NCBI GenBank assembly: GCA_001938485.1
Contig: MQRK01252300.1
Coordinates: 11,319-74,063, forward strand
Direction: 5' to 3'
Length of the DNA stretch: 62,745 bases
From: Girardia tigrina
Taxonomy: Eukaryota
Part shown: piece by piece, positions 38,870 through 51,553 of the stretch
How the letters are laid out: each line of letters starts with the position of its first letter
Numbering within the stretch: position 1 is the first letter of the stretch
The notes under the pieces: generated by a model
Told to the model about the DNA's origin: nothing
What the model saw: only the letters and a program-made list of their open reading frames with translations
The model's database searches: none
Translations under genes and position numbers: made by a program

Positions 38870-39231
38870 AGTTCATAGTATTGGAATATGCGAACACGAT
38901 TTTTTTATTGATTGTTACTGGTGCCTGTGTTATTATAATCACTTGAAATATTTTGTCCGAGGTTTTCATGATGTTCCTTTAAACGATAACAATTATGTGA
39001 AACATGTACCGGTATTCTTATAGAGTAGCTATGGTTTATATAAGGTGCCTGTATAAACCATATAAACCATAGCTACTCTATAAGAATACCGGTACATGTT
39101 TCACATAATTGTTATCGTTTAAAGGAACATCATGACAACCTCGGACAAAATATTTCAAGTGATTATAATAACACAGGCACCAGTAACAATCAATAAAAAA
39201 ATTGTGTTCGCATATTCCAATACTATGAACT
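38870..39231. repeat. Long palindrome: 172-bp arms, 18-nt spacer
   Basis: 38870-39041 is the reverse complement of 39060-39231 with two mismatches seen. Confidence 0.95.
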
Positions 39232-39989
39232 GTGTGTCTATGGTGTTCATATTCTTAGAAAAAGAAGTATTAAGGAGATATTATTTTAGTACAACTTTTC
39301 AGAAAATCAAAGATTATTAACATGAATCAGATCGGAACAAGATAGATCTTTTGTGTAATATATTCATTTGAATATGTAACGATCTCTATGTATTTACTAT
39401 TACATAAAGACTACAAGAATAATTTTATTGTCAATCACCATTGTAATTAATATTTATTTATTTAAATGGTATAAATCAGGGTTCAACAATTAATGCAAAG
39501 AGATTGTAATAACATATCATCTAAAATTTTTTTCACTACCCTTTTGAGAAGACATTTATTCAGTTATAAAAATTAGTCACTGCCAGTACCTGGATTGAAA
39601 TAGTTAAACTACTGGTAGTTTGTAAATAAACAAATTGAAAGTTCATATAAAATTATTTCTGATAAAAGTATAAAAGTTATTCCTTTAAAAATTATTGTAA
39701 CAAAAGATTTTTGCAATAATTTTCATTAGAATGAAAGTTACTGTAAAATTTTTGTGGGAATTTCTAATACTTCATTTTTAATGTTGTATCTCATTGATAA
39801 ATTGTTGCAAATAAATGAATTATAACCAATTTTCGAAGGCATTATTTAGTATTAAACTAGTTTTCCTTAGTAACATTGACAACTATATTACTATATATTA
39901 TAAACATCCTAATAAAAATAAAAAAATTAAAATGTCTTGTTTTAATTTTTTCTATTCATCGATCATAATTTTCAACGAAGAAATTACCA

Positions 39990-40350
39990 TGAAAAATTGA
40001 TTAATCATGGGAAAATGAGACTTTATCAATCAACAATGTTCAACGGGACAGAAAACTTAGAAATTAATTACAATAGGAAGGAGTAGATATTATGTGAGAC
40101 ATGGTACAATCTTGGTTCATAAAATCTAGGAATAAAGACATTAGTCTGGAAGACAAATTTAAGTCCGGTCGTTATAATTAATTCAATATTGATGCTTTTA
40201 AAGATTTAATTGAAAAATGCAATGAAGTGTTAGAAATGTATTTTGTGACTTGAGAAGTAAAATAATGACTGCAAAGAAAAATATTCAAAAAAGAGAGTCA
40301 CGCAAAAATAAGCTTGAAAATTGGCAATACAATGTTTTAGAAAACTCAAA
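39990..40350 (+). pseudogene. Old mariner N-terminal remnant
   Basis: MVQSWFIKSRNKDISLEDKFKSGR matches mariner TV.RWF.KF..GD.SLED..RSGRP. Confidence 0.6.
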
Positions 40351-42963
40351 TCATGAAATGATTTTAAACAAATTTTAATTTTCTAATAAAGTGATTTTTA
40401 TTAAATTCTTCTACAAAACAACCTTTAGACTCTAAAGAATCTAGCATATTGATCATTATTCGTGTGTAGGATGAAACGAAGGTTGTAAATAGCTCTCAGC
40501 TATAACTAAAGGAACCTCTAAAATTAGTATTGTAATTAATAAGGTCACTTTTCAGATATATAAATAATTAAAGAAATTAAAAATTCCAACTACTAAATAG
40601 AATAAAAAATATTACTGTTAATATAAAATATTACTGTTAGAATTGATGGGCATTCCATCATCAAAACCAATCGAAGCCATATAAAAACTAATTTAGCTCG
40701 AAAAATTTATTTACACGAAAAAATCCACTTTCAACGCACTGAAGCTAAAAAAATTAATTCTACATAAACAAACAAATTTTTTAATTATAATTAACTTTTA
40801 TAATCAGTTAATTATAAATTTTAATTTGAGGAATAATCTTTTTCTAAAATTTGTTAATGTCAAACCGGAAAATTCTAATTTTAATTTATTGTTAATTTAC
40901 TTATAAAATTTAATTTTTCATGATAAATTTTAATTTAACTAATTATTTTATTTTTCATCTAATTATTAAATTTAACTCTCTATCTTTTTAAATTTTAATT
41001 TACTTAATTTATTGTTATTTCTTTTTTCTTCTATTCTCGTCAATGTTATGCAAATAATCTCATCTTGCATTTCCACTCTAACTCACAAATTTTCTTCTGA
41101 TGACTTACTAACAATTACCACGAAATGTAGAACAAGTGCAAAAATATAACGTAGTCCAAAAATAATTATCGGCAGTATTCGAAGTTAAGATAAGTCCATA
41201 AAATGAGCGTATAATAAACTTATAATATACAATTTTTTAATTCCAAATTAATATTAATAACCTTTGGCGATATTGATTTTTTATATTAATAATTTTATAA
41301 CTTTAAAATTATAATATTATATTTATTCGTCATAAAAAATTAATCTTTTCTATCTTCATTATTATACATATATATAAATCTTCTTTCTAAAAAATTTTCT
41401 CAAATCGAATCTTTTATCAATTCTTTATTTTCTTTCAAATCAAAATTCTGAACAGTAAATTCTTCCATAAACTCTTTCGATGGAGCAAAATCGCAATCAA
41501 TTGTTGGATTTGACCTGTTTTGATCAACAAACAAAAAATAGAGACAAAAAATAGATGGTAGAAGATTATCATGGTAGGGACTGATATGCAATTATATTTG
41601 AAAAACATGAGCAAAATTTTATTTAGTACAAAAAACGATTATTCAAACAATATTATTTTTTACAAAAATTGACTGAGAATTAATTATTCAATTTTTGTGA
41701 TCGATTAATTTCAATTTAAAGATTTTGACGATGACTGAAAAATAATTTAAAATTAACTGTTAAAAAAATTAAAATTTAAAAGTGGATAAATTTACAATAA
41801 TTAACGTTTTATTAATTATATTTCGTTTACAAAATTTTAATTTGAAAATGGTGTTCACTACAAAGATAATTTATTTACAACAATTACGATCACTTCCTCG
41901 AGTTGGCCTACAAATCGTGAGGAGTGATAATTTACTTTGTCTCGTAGATTTCGTCTAGATTAATTTTTTTCGAATTGATTCAATCTTTGTTTCTTATAAA
42001 ATTTTCCACACAAAACTGAACTCGGAGGTCTTTTGATTTGATTTTGAAATCGATCAAAAATTATCTTTTAAAATACGAAACTTTTCCGAAGTTGGCAATG
42101 TGGTAATTTATTAATGTTACAAAAATAATGAATAAATAAAGATATATTACTTTAATAAAAATACATATAATTCAGTACACATGTGATTTGCATAACTATA
42201 AGGTCTGGTATATTTAGACTTACATATGATTCATTCATATACTTAAACTCTGGCAAACAAATGTTACTAGTACAAAGTATTGTCAAAGATAAATATCAAG
42301 CTTGAATCAACGGAAGGATAATAAACTTACTATCTCAAAATGAGGAGTTAGCTAATATTTTCAGTTCGCTAAATAATTTATGAATTTTGTTTAGTTTAAA
42401 AATTTTTAAAAATTAAATAAATACAAAGATATTAAATTTAAAATTTAAAAATGATTTTTAAATTAAAACAACAATTAAATAATTATATAAAACCGAAAAA
42501 TGTTTATATTAATAACAATTGATGTATTTTAATAGGAAAATAATTAATAAAAGTTTTAATAAGAATTTTAAAATAAATTATAAACGGATTAAAATTGAAC
42601 ATCACTTTGAACATTTAAGCATGGTTTTAAATGCTTTATTAATAATGCTTTGATACTCTNCGCACTAGAATAGCTGAACACANCCAATTGAGTAGGAATA
42701 ACTCGATTCTAGATCACATTAAAAAATGCAGAAATAGAGATAAAGTTAACTATGAAACTGAATTTACAGTTTTGAAGAAAAATTTTGACACATATCATGA
42801 GAGGATAGTCACTGAGGCATTATTAATAAAGCATTTAAAACCATGCTTAAATGTTCAAAGTGAATTATCCAATCATATTAAAATCTTTTAATATTAATTA
42901 AAAAAAAGATTTATTGCATAATAGTCAGTGTGCCATATAAATGACTTGTAATTTGAAATTAAC

Positions 42964-43006
42964 TTCACAACTGATGATGCCGTAATGGCGAAACATGTTT
43001 TGGGAA
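42964..43006 (+). ncRNA. Minimal type I hammerhead ribozyme
   Basis: UUCACAA-CUGAUGA-U-GCCG(UAA)UGGC-GAAA-CAUG-UU-UUGGGAA; stem I pairs 6 of 7. Confidence 0.85.
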
Positions 43007-43035
43007 ATAAAAAACTTTTTAAATGAGGTTTGTTA

Positions 43036-43082
<47 letters not shown>

Positions 43083-43086
<4 letters not shown>

Positions 43087-43233
43087 TATAAAAGCCGAAG
43101 TCACTCACTGCCTACCTCACTGCCTCACTAACGCTGTAAGATAAATTTTTGAAATGATTTTATAATCAATAAAGAAATGATTGTATATTAATAAATAAAT
43201 ATTAGACTGATATTAGAATGAATGCGATTTTTG
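43083..43233 (+). mobile_element. Possible Helitron 5' end
   Basis: ATATTATAAAAGCCGAAGT followed by CACT-type repeats, resembling non-autonomous Helitron 5' ends; runs into a gap. Confidence 0.35.
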
Positions 43234-43441
43234 NNNNNNNNNNNNNNNNNNNNNNNNNNNNNNNNNNNNNNNNNNNNNNNNNNTAGTCACTGAGGCATTA
43301 TTAATAAAGCATTTAAAACCATGCTTAAATGTTCAAAGTGAATTATCCAATCATATTAAAATCTTTTAATATTAATTAAAAAAAAGATTTATTGTGTAAT
43401 AGTCAGTGTGCCATATAAATGACTTGTAATTTGAAATTAAC

Positions 43442-43484
43442 TTCACAACTGATGATGCCGTAATGGCGAAACATGTTTTGAGAA
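43442..43484 (+). ncRNA. Minimal type I hammerhead ribozyme (second copy or allele)
   Basis: Same as 42964-43006 except at the unpaired stem I position (UUGAGAA). Confidence 0.8.
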
Positions 43485-45559
43485 ATAAAAAACTTTTTAA
43501 ATGTGGTTTGTTATTCATATATATATATATATATATATGTATTATATTGATTAATAAATTTTGTGTTAAATATAACTTCTGAAATTTCAATAAACGAGAC
43601 TAACAAAAATAAAGGCGTTCTCTCGTTTTTTCTCCAAAGATTATTATTTAAATTTGAAGAAGACGTCAACAGAAGATGTTACCAGGTCTTTTTACTTCTA
43701 AATCTCAGATAACTATCATGATTAAATTAATAAGCATTTAGTAAAATTTCAACCTGACTAACTTATCAAAAATCGTTTTAATTAATATTCGTTATTGATT
43801 TCTTTCAGTTATCAAATAACAATATCAAATATTTTCTCTATATTTTAAAAGTATATTTTAATTATTGAACTTCTTAAGATAATGATAATGTATAATTCAT
43901 GTTGTGGGATTTTTAGATTCAAGCAATTTCGTTGATTTGTTCAATACATATTCTACGTACAAATAGTTAATGGTAATTTCGTACTTTTTCGTTTCTTTTC
44001 ACTCTTTATTTAAATATAATTTCCAAAGAAACATTTATGTTAATATTTTTTTAATTTATTGTTTCTAATTGTACTTGACTATCAGTTTCACAGTCAACTT
44101 ATTTATCAAATATAGACAATATAAAGAGTTTTGATTAAGAAAAATAATTTAATTGATTTTGGTGACGGGATTGATAGAATGACAGTGAAAAGACCATAAC
44201 ATATTTGTGTAAAACTTGAAAAAAAGATTGGACTATGATTTTCATGGTGGAAAACGATGTGGATTTTAATTTTCACATTATGCAAACATAACAAAGAGAT
44301 TCTAATTTGGACTGTTTATTGAGGGGGGATCAAGAAAGACATTTTTAATTGTGTCAATTGTCGAAAAGAAATTAGAATATCGACTTAAGCACCTCATTAT
44401 TTCCTAAAGAAAGTTTCAAAAAATGTATGTAAAACTACAAAGCCAATTGCTCTGGTGACTCTAATGATATTGAAAATGATTGCTTCTTGAAGACATGTTC
44501 TTTACTCTTGACAAGAACAGGACATCAGTAACAAAAGCTTCAATTTGTTCCTTATTTCTTTCAAATGGAAACAAGAATTTTATGGGTGATAAGAATGATA
44601 TTTGATATTCTAATTTTTTTGTGTGGCTCATTCTCGAGAGAAAAATTAAAATTCAGTTGTTTATTTGCCACGTATTATAAATGTTGCTCCTGCTAGTTTA
44701 GAATCATCAAGTATTTTTATCAGCCTTGCACTGTTCATTTTAAGCCATTTTCAGGGAGATTAAACCAGATCTCATTGATCCAGGATTTGAGGCCATTGTT
44801 GATCCGGAAAATCTTCTTCATCATAAAGAAGAAGAGGTTGGAATGATTAATACAAAATTTAAATGAAAGATCAAGTCGTGATTTTAGATTCAGCGAATGC
44901 GAATATTGTGTGAGAAACTCGAGTCGCAGCTGCGAGCTTCGCCTCAAAAATCCACCTAAATATTACATGGATTTTATTTGTAAATTTATTTTCTGACTGT
45001 TCCAAGTAGCCACGACCAACGAGTGCTACAGAGTTTGCCTGGTGTTACTGATCCAAGAGTGGTTCACGGTCTCGTTTTGACAGTATCCGTATAGAAAAAG
45101 TATATTTGTATAAAAAATAAATGTGATCTAGTTTTCTCGATTCATAGTTTTTAATAGACTTTTTTTCTGTTTAATTTTCTTACTAAACTGGTTATTCCTA
45201 TTATGATTTGTACAATAAATATTTGTTGTCTCCCTCTCGGTATTTGATAATGTTTTTGTAACCTATGTCAGTGGTATATGATCGGATTTGTGTTGTCAAG
45301 ATGAGTTATTGTGAACCAAATGTTACACTAAATAAATATTGACTAAAATGAGGATCTCAATATCAAATAAGTACATCTTGTTGTGGATGGTTCAACTACA
45401 AGGATGCAGTTGCATATAAGCATCTCGGCAGGTAAGTTGTAAAAACAAATTTAATAAAAAAAATGTTTAATGATAAAAATAACTTGATAAATGCTGCTTA
45501 ATTGTGAAACTTGTACAATTATTCCAGAACAATCTGTTGTTTTAACCACCCTACCACTA

Positions 45560-45850
45560 GGTAGGTAAAAAAATCACCAGGGTTTTTTATTGTTGTAACC
45601 ACATGGTCAACACCACCCATCTTAAAATTGTAGTCAAGAGCCACGGTTGGCCGCTGTTTTCCGCTGTCTAATTCAGTCATGGTTGCACCATGTACGGTTG
45701 ATAGAAAAACACGTCTCCTTTGTCTCCACCTCAACACCATCATTTTCCTTTTTCTATAGGCTTTTGTTGTATGAACGAGTGTCACTCGAGTTGTTGCGAT
45801 CGGGAAGTTTTTTGACGACAAGTCACGCTCGTCCAAAGAGGTAGGGTGGT
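45560..45850 (-). pseudogene. piggyBac transposase fragment
   Basis: MMVLRW..RRRVFLSTVH....KQRPTVALDYNFKMGGVD (DDE_Tnp_1_7 C-terminal motif). Confidence 0.85.
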
Positions 45851-47319
45851 TAATGAGTTGATTCGGTTAGCAGAAAATTGTCTTGAATATTCTAAATACT
45901 ATTGAATGTCACAAATTTATTGTATTATTCGATGAACCCGAAAAGATTACTTCAATATATGATCTTCCAACATCAGTAAATAGGTAGTTAACGTTGTAAA
46001 AATTGAATTTTCTAAATTGTAGTTTTGAATTTCGAATTAATTTGTGTTTTCATCAGATATATATATATATATTATTGGTAAAACTTTTAGATAATTTGAA
46101 AGCCAATTTCGATATTAGAGTACATGTAAAATTATTATTATCAAATAAAATCACAAGACATAAAATACGTTTTTTAATTATCGATTTAAAAAAATAAAAT
46201 CATGGCAAAACAACAAAATAAATTTTATTTTCTTTTTTACCAAACATAAGATAGACCAATAGATAATCCAGTTTCACAGAAATCTTTTCGTTAAGCAGTA
46301 AGTACTGATGAACTCAAAGAATTTGAGCAATATTGGATGAAATAGAAATGTTTTTAGATATGTTCGGTTTATTTGCAATGTTGTCTGAGGAAAGGATAGG
46401 AAACTCAGCATTTTCGGGAATTACACTTCATTGGGACGACTCTTAATCCCCAGCCGTTATACAAGACAAACTACTACGAGATTTCAGACTCCCAAAGGGG
46501 CTGCACAGCTACCTATGACTGCCATGGAGTGCGTCTAATCCCCCTGTATCTGTGAACAGTAAGGGGTTTCGAGAGTCTGCTGGTTCGTAGGATCTATAGC
46601 AGGCATGATGTCCGATAGAACAGCACAGCGTTCTAGGGGTATGTCAAAGAGTCTCAAGGAATATTACGAACTGTTTGATCATTTTACTTAAAACGAACTA
46701 TATAAATTAAAGGATTAATTAATTCAATATTTAATATGTTCAATCAAGATATAATAAGAGATTATAAAAAATAAATCCCCTAAAGGTTAAATAGATTATA
46801 AAATTAACAAGACAACAGGCAGTTAAGTTAAAAGGCTCTATGAAGAAACTTGCTGCACTTCCGATAAGACAGTCTGGATGAAAATCAATAACTAAAACTG
46901 AAAAATTTAACTACGAAACTAATGGATAAAACGGTATGACAAGTGAAATAATTATCGAGTAAGAGAATCGAATAACGCATATTTATAATAAACCATGCAT
47001 TCAAACTATACAGTACATTACAGAATTCACTATAATTTAAAAACTGTCAGAAACAAAATCGAATAAATTATATATTTAAATAATCAGTAGATTTAAATAA
47101 ATTGCTGTAATAAACACGTTAGTAAGATATGAAAATGAAATAGGTTACAAAGTATTACTAAAGCCAAATCATATGAAAATTATATTAAAATAATAATGAC
47201 ATAATAAAAGTAACATAAAATAGGAAACAATAAAACACTAAGTTATTATATTCGATTCACTAAGGCTAATAATAATCATCAAATATCGAAGTAAATGGGG
47301 TTGGGCGTCACTTAATTAA

Positions 47320-49816
47320 CCCTTATCATATCGTTGAAATTTGCATCCTCAATCCCCACGGGACTACATTTTGTAGTCAATATATTTTGGGCGAGGAAAC
47401 GCAAATACGATTACAAATAACGATTATTATAATAATGTTATAGTATTATTATTATCTATTTATGTTTTTCAATGTTAATAATTATCAGATTATAATGACT
47501 GATTTATTTTTTAATAATTAATTTCATTTTTATTAATTAAGTATATTTACAGGTAATTATTTTCTTATCATAGAAACCTTTTGTGTTATGTTGTTGCATG
47601 CCTTATTCCCATTTTTTCCGATTGTAATGACTTTTTTCTTCAGATATTGCGGAATATTTTCGAAGCTTTGTCATCCACATTTTCATCTGTTGCTCGCTTG
47701 GATGATATTTTTCACGAATATCCACTTGAGAGAGAGGAAGACTACGAACCCCCTCCACTTCGGCAGAGTTTGGGAAATCCAGTCATTAGTGATGAAGAAG
47801 ATATGGAAGTGCCAATAGTCTACGAAATGGAAACCGAAGTCAATGAAACCAGTCAAATCCATGCTGGCAAATGTTGACGAAGGTGACACGAACGTTTTTG
47901 TCGAAGATAGCGATTCAGGTGGTTCGGATTCATCATCTGAAGAAGGGTCTTGCGATGATGAGGAGATCTGTAATGGAGTGAAGTGGAGCTATGAACTTTT
48001 TCATAATGTTCGACTTCGAAGGAATATCGTTAATGAGCGTCAGCGAACTTTTTAAGATGTTATGAACGAGTTGTCAATATTTGATAAATTGTTTACAGAA
48101 GAAATACGACACGTCATTCTTCGTTGCACTAATAGGAAAGCAATAGCAATCAGAGTGGCAACTCCGCAGCAGTAGAGAGGCCGGAAATATGGCAATTTTT
48201 CATTTTCTGAGCTCAATGCTTTTCTGGGATTCATAATTCATGAAGGAGCCGATAGAGACAACCTGACAGCTCTACCTGACCTTTACAAGGAAGATGACAG
48301 TAAACCATTTTATAGAGCTTGAATGTCTAGTCATTGTGTTGAATTCCTCCTCAAATGTCTTCGATTCGATAATTTCCCTTGATAGAGAAGAGCGGAAGAA
48401 AACAGACAAGCTTGCTGCAATCCGAGATGTTTGGGGCATGTTTGTACCCCAGCTTCGAAAGTTTTATATTACTGGAACAGATCTGACTGTGGACGAACAG
48501 CTTGTTTGTTATTGCGGCAAAATTCCAGGAAAAATTTACCTGCCATCAAAACCCCGGAAATACGACTTGAAAAAATTTTGGATTTGCAAAGCACGAATAG
48601 GATATGCGTTGAATGCCATAATTTATTGTGGAAGAACCGGTAATAAACCTCAGAAAGGCCTGGCTCACGATATTGTCGATAAGCTTGCTAAACCATTTCG
48701 TAACTCGGGGAGAAATATCACCACTAATAATTTCTTCACTAGACACGCACTTTAGCACCTTACCTGAACCCAGTATGACACTAAAGGGCACAGTTCGCCA
48801 TCATCGGAAGGAAGTTCCGCAGTCCATGCGAAAAAACAGTCGGCAACCTCCACTTTCAACGGAATTTCGGTTTTACAACAAAAATAAAATTTCTTTGTGT
48901 TCCTAAGTGCCTAAGAAAAATAAAGCAGTAATACTCCTCAGCAGTATTCATTTTTCACAAGAGGTTTTTGGTCAAGAGGGCAAGCCAATTATGATCCACG
49001 ACTACAATAAATCAAAAGGGGCTGTTGACCAGTTGGATGAGAATGCCGAAGAGTTTACTGTTCGCAGGAAAACAATTCGATGGCCCATGGTGGTCTTCTA
49101 CAATATAGTTGACGTGGTTTGCTTCAAGTCCTACATTATCGCAAAGTAGAACGGCTACAGCTGTGAGAGGAAAACATTCCTGAAGAACTTGACCGTACAA
49201 TTGAGTCGCCCTTACATGATTAAGCGCCAGGAGTGCAGATTGTTAACCACAACACGAATGTGCATTCTTCACTCCCGATTCTAGGTACATTGATCTAATT
49301 TTGCTTATTTGTTGTAATTTTGCTGCAATAGGTCTTTTTTTGTGTAGATCACGTGCTGCCTCAAGACCAGTATCGTCAGCAAGCAACAGTCCGGAAGTGC
49401 AGTACCTGAAAAAAGTCAGCAAAAGATCTTTGCTTAGACTGCCATAAATTTGTCTGTACCAGCCACAAAGAGGTTGTGAAGACAGTAAAATGCTTCACAT
49501 GTTCTAATATGCCGTAACATATGCTCTTTGTGTGTGTGAGCATGGATATGCGTGTTCAGCTCTGATAAACATGTGTTATAACATGCTTTCTTCTGGTAAC
49601 TACTGCTGACTACAAAATGTAGTGTCTGTGGGATAAAAGATTTATATCATTTTCTTCGCGTATAATTTATTTTTCCTAATTTTTCTTCGAACTGTAGAGT
49701 TACTATATCAAAAGGAAAATGTACATGAAGTGCTAAGGTTGTATGTTATTTCTTAACGGAGCAGCAGAGTTTTAATTTTCACAAATTACAAAATGTAGTC
49801 AAATGGGGGATAAGGG
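47320..49816 (+). mobile_element. Full-length defective piggyBac
   Basis: TTAA TSDs; CCCTTATC...GATAAGGG ends; subterminal GACTACATTTTGTA repeats; LTVDEQL, YLPSKPRKY, GRNITTNNFFT, DYNKSKGAVDQLD, RWPMVVFYNIVD; Cys-rich tail; many stops and frameshifts. Confidence 0.95.
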
Positions 49817-51553
49817 TTAATTAAAGCTTGAAAAGAATATTATAAGTAACTAATTGAGAAACAAACAAGTAAAATTGACATGGCAATTTTATTAAAAGTT
49901 AACAAAATTTAATAAGATATTAACTAAAGTATAGTAGTAGGGTTAAACAAGTGTAAGCTAACTTCCGAAAATAGGAAAATAAGTAGACTGAAGAAAATTA
50001 CATTACAAAATAATTCCGAAAATATATTAGTAAATAAATAAATGAATAACAAGGAACTAAATATTTTTCATGTTTTAATTAAGAATTAAGTGAATCGTTA
50101 AGATTATAAGGTTGTTTAATTAAATAAAATATATTGAATATATATGTTAAAATATATATTTAACAAAATATTTAATAAATCGATAAACAAAATTGTTTTA
50201 ATAAATAGTATTTCTTAATTTAGAATTTAACAGCCAGTTTTATTTTTAAGTAGCGTATCCAAAAGCTCTATACACGTTGTGTATCTTATTGGTTAAATCT
50301 GCGCCTCAAGGATTCTTCTAAAATTCAGGAAATTAGAAATTCTATTGGAAATATTTCCGAAGTGTGTACTTTCTTTCGGTTAAGTCTAAAGCGCATTAAA
50401 ATATTAGATGCTAAAGTAAAAGAATTAACTCCTTCAATGAAAAACAAACGAGTTAACAAAACATGTGAAACTAGATGATGTAAAAGTCATGAAGCTATAC
50501 TTCTTTTTAGAGATATTTTTTCACGTCTGTGATTGTGGACAAACGTGGCAGCCATTCACACCGCCCTTTACCATTATTCCACTCGATCATTTTATCGCTG
50601 CAAATCGCCAATCTCTTCTAAGGATTCAAGACCACACAGAACAACCCCAAATAAGTATATATCAAATTAATTATTTTAATTTCAGACTCCACAATTTTTA
50701 CTCACGCACTGAGCCTAAGTATCACTGGAAATTACCTAATCGATTTTTATTGAATTGTTTTGGTTACCAAAATCATTAATGTTCTGAGAATCTTCAGAAC
50801 AAGCAAACATATCGATATTCACTGTGTGAGGGAAAATTCGGAATGTTGTAAGTTTGTTGCTTATATACTGTTTAGATTTGTGACTCTGCTACTCAGAGGG
50901 GTTTGATATGTTATTGATTAATTATATAAATCTAATTAAATTAATTTAATGAGATTAATTTTAAATACTAATTAATTAAAATTTTTGTAATTATAAATTT
51001 TAATAATATTCTTAGTAAACGATTTTAACTTATTAAATTTAATATATTTTAAGAACTAATGTTTATTTTTATAAATTACTTAATGCATTTTTATCCAATA
51101 AAATTTGGAGAAATTAAAAGTTCATATTAAACTGGTCTCATTAATTAATTTTAAGATTTGAATAGATGTACAAAAAACATTAATCAAGAATGAGGAGTCA
51201 CGCAGAAATGTCAAGTGAAAATGTTTGTGTTGTTATTAAATGTTTACACTCAAATTGTGATGTTGCTAATACATTGAATTATTTTTGTCACAATAATTAT
51301 TAATGTTTTTAAAAAAATCCTTGTTATAGATGCTGAACACAATATAAATGATCAAATTTTCCATTTACGAATGGAAATCCTTTTCTACTTTTTTGTCTGA
51401 ATTTTACCACACAATGATATAATCAAATCAGATGATATTCAATCACATAATAATTTTATTTTTTAGATTTGAACAACCTTTTTCATTTAAAAAATTGATT
51501 TAATTGATTCGATAAAACAAATCAAATCAAAACCGATCATTTTTTTACAATTT

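Larger units (their letters stand above)
42604..43540 (+). mobile_element. Penelope-like element: 5'-truncated GIY-YIG, inverted 5' repeat and pseudo-LTR, duplicated across a gap
   Basis: RTRIAEH....NNSILDHIKKC...HERIVTEALLIKHLKPCLNVQ; 42604-42650 is an inverted copy of 42817-42863; ends in (TA)n; 43284-43540 repeats 42806-43060. Confidence 0.85.

Noticed and set aside
46305-46335. CTGATGA plus hairpin CTCAAA/TTTGAG as a hammerhead
   Set aside because: No GAAA after the stem (reads CAATA) and no stem I or III.
46380-47310. Possible LTR upstream of the piggyBac
   Set aside because: Composition is LTR-like but I could not find matching termini or a TSD.
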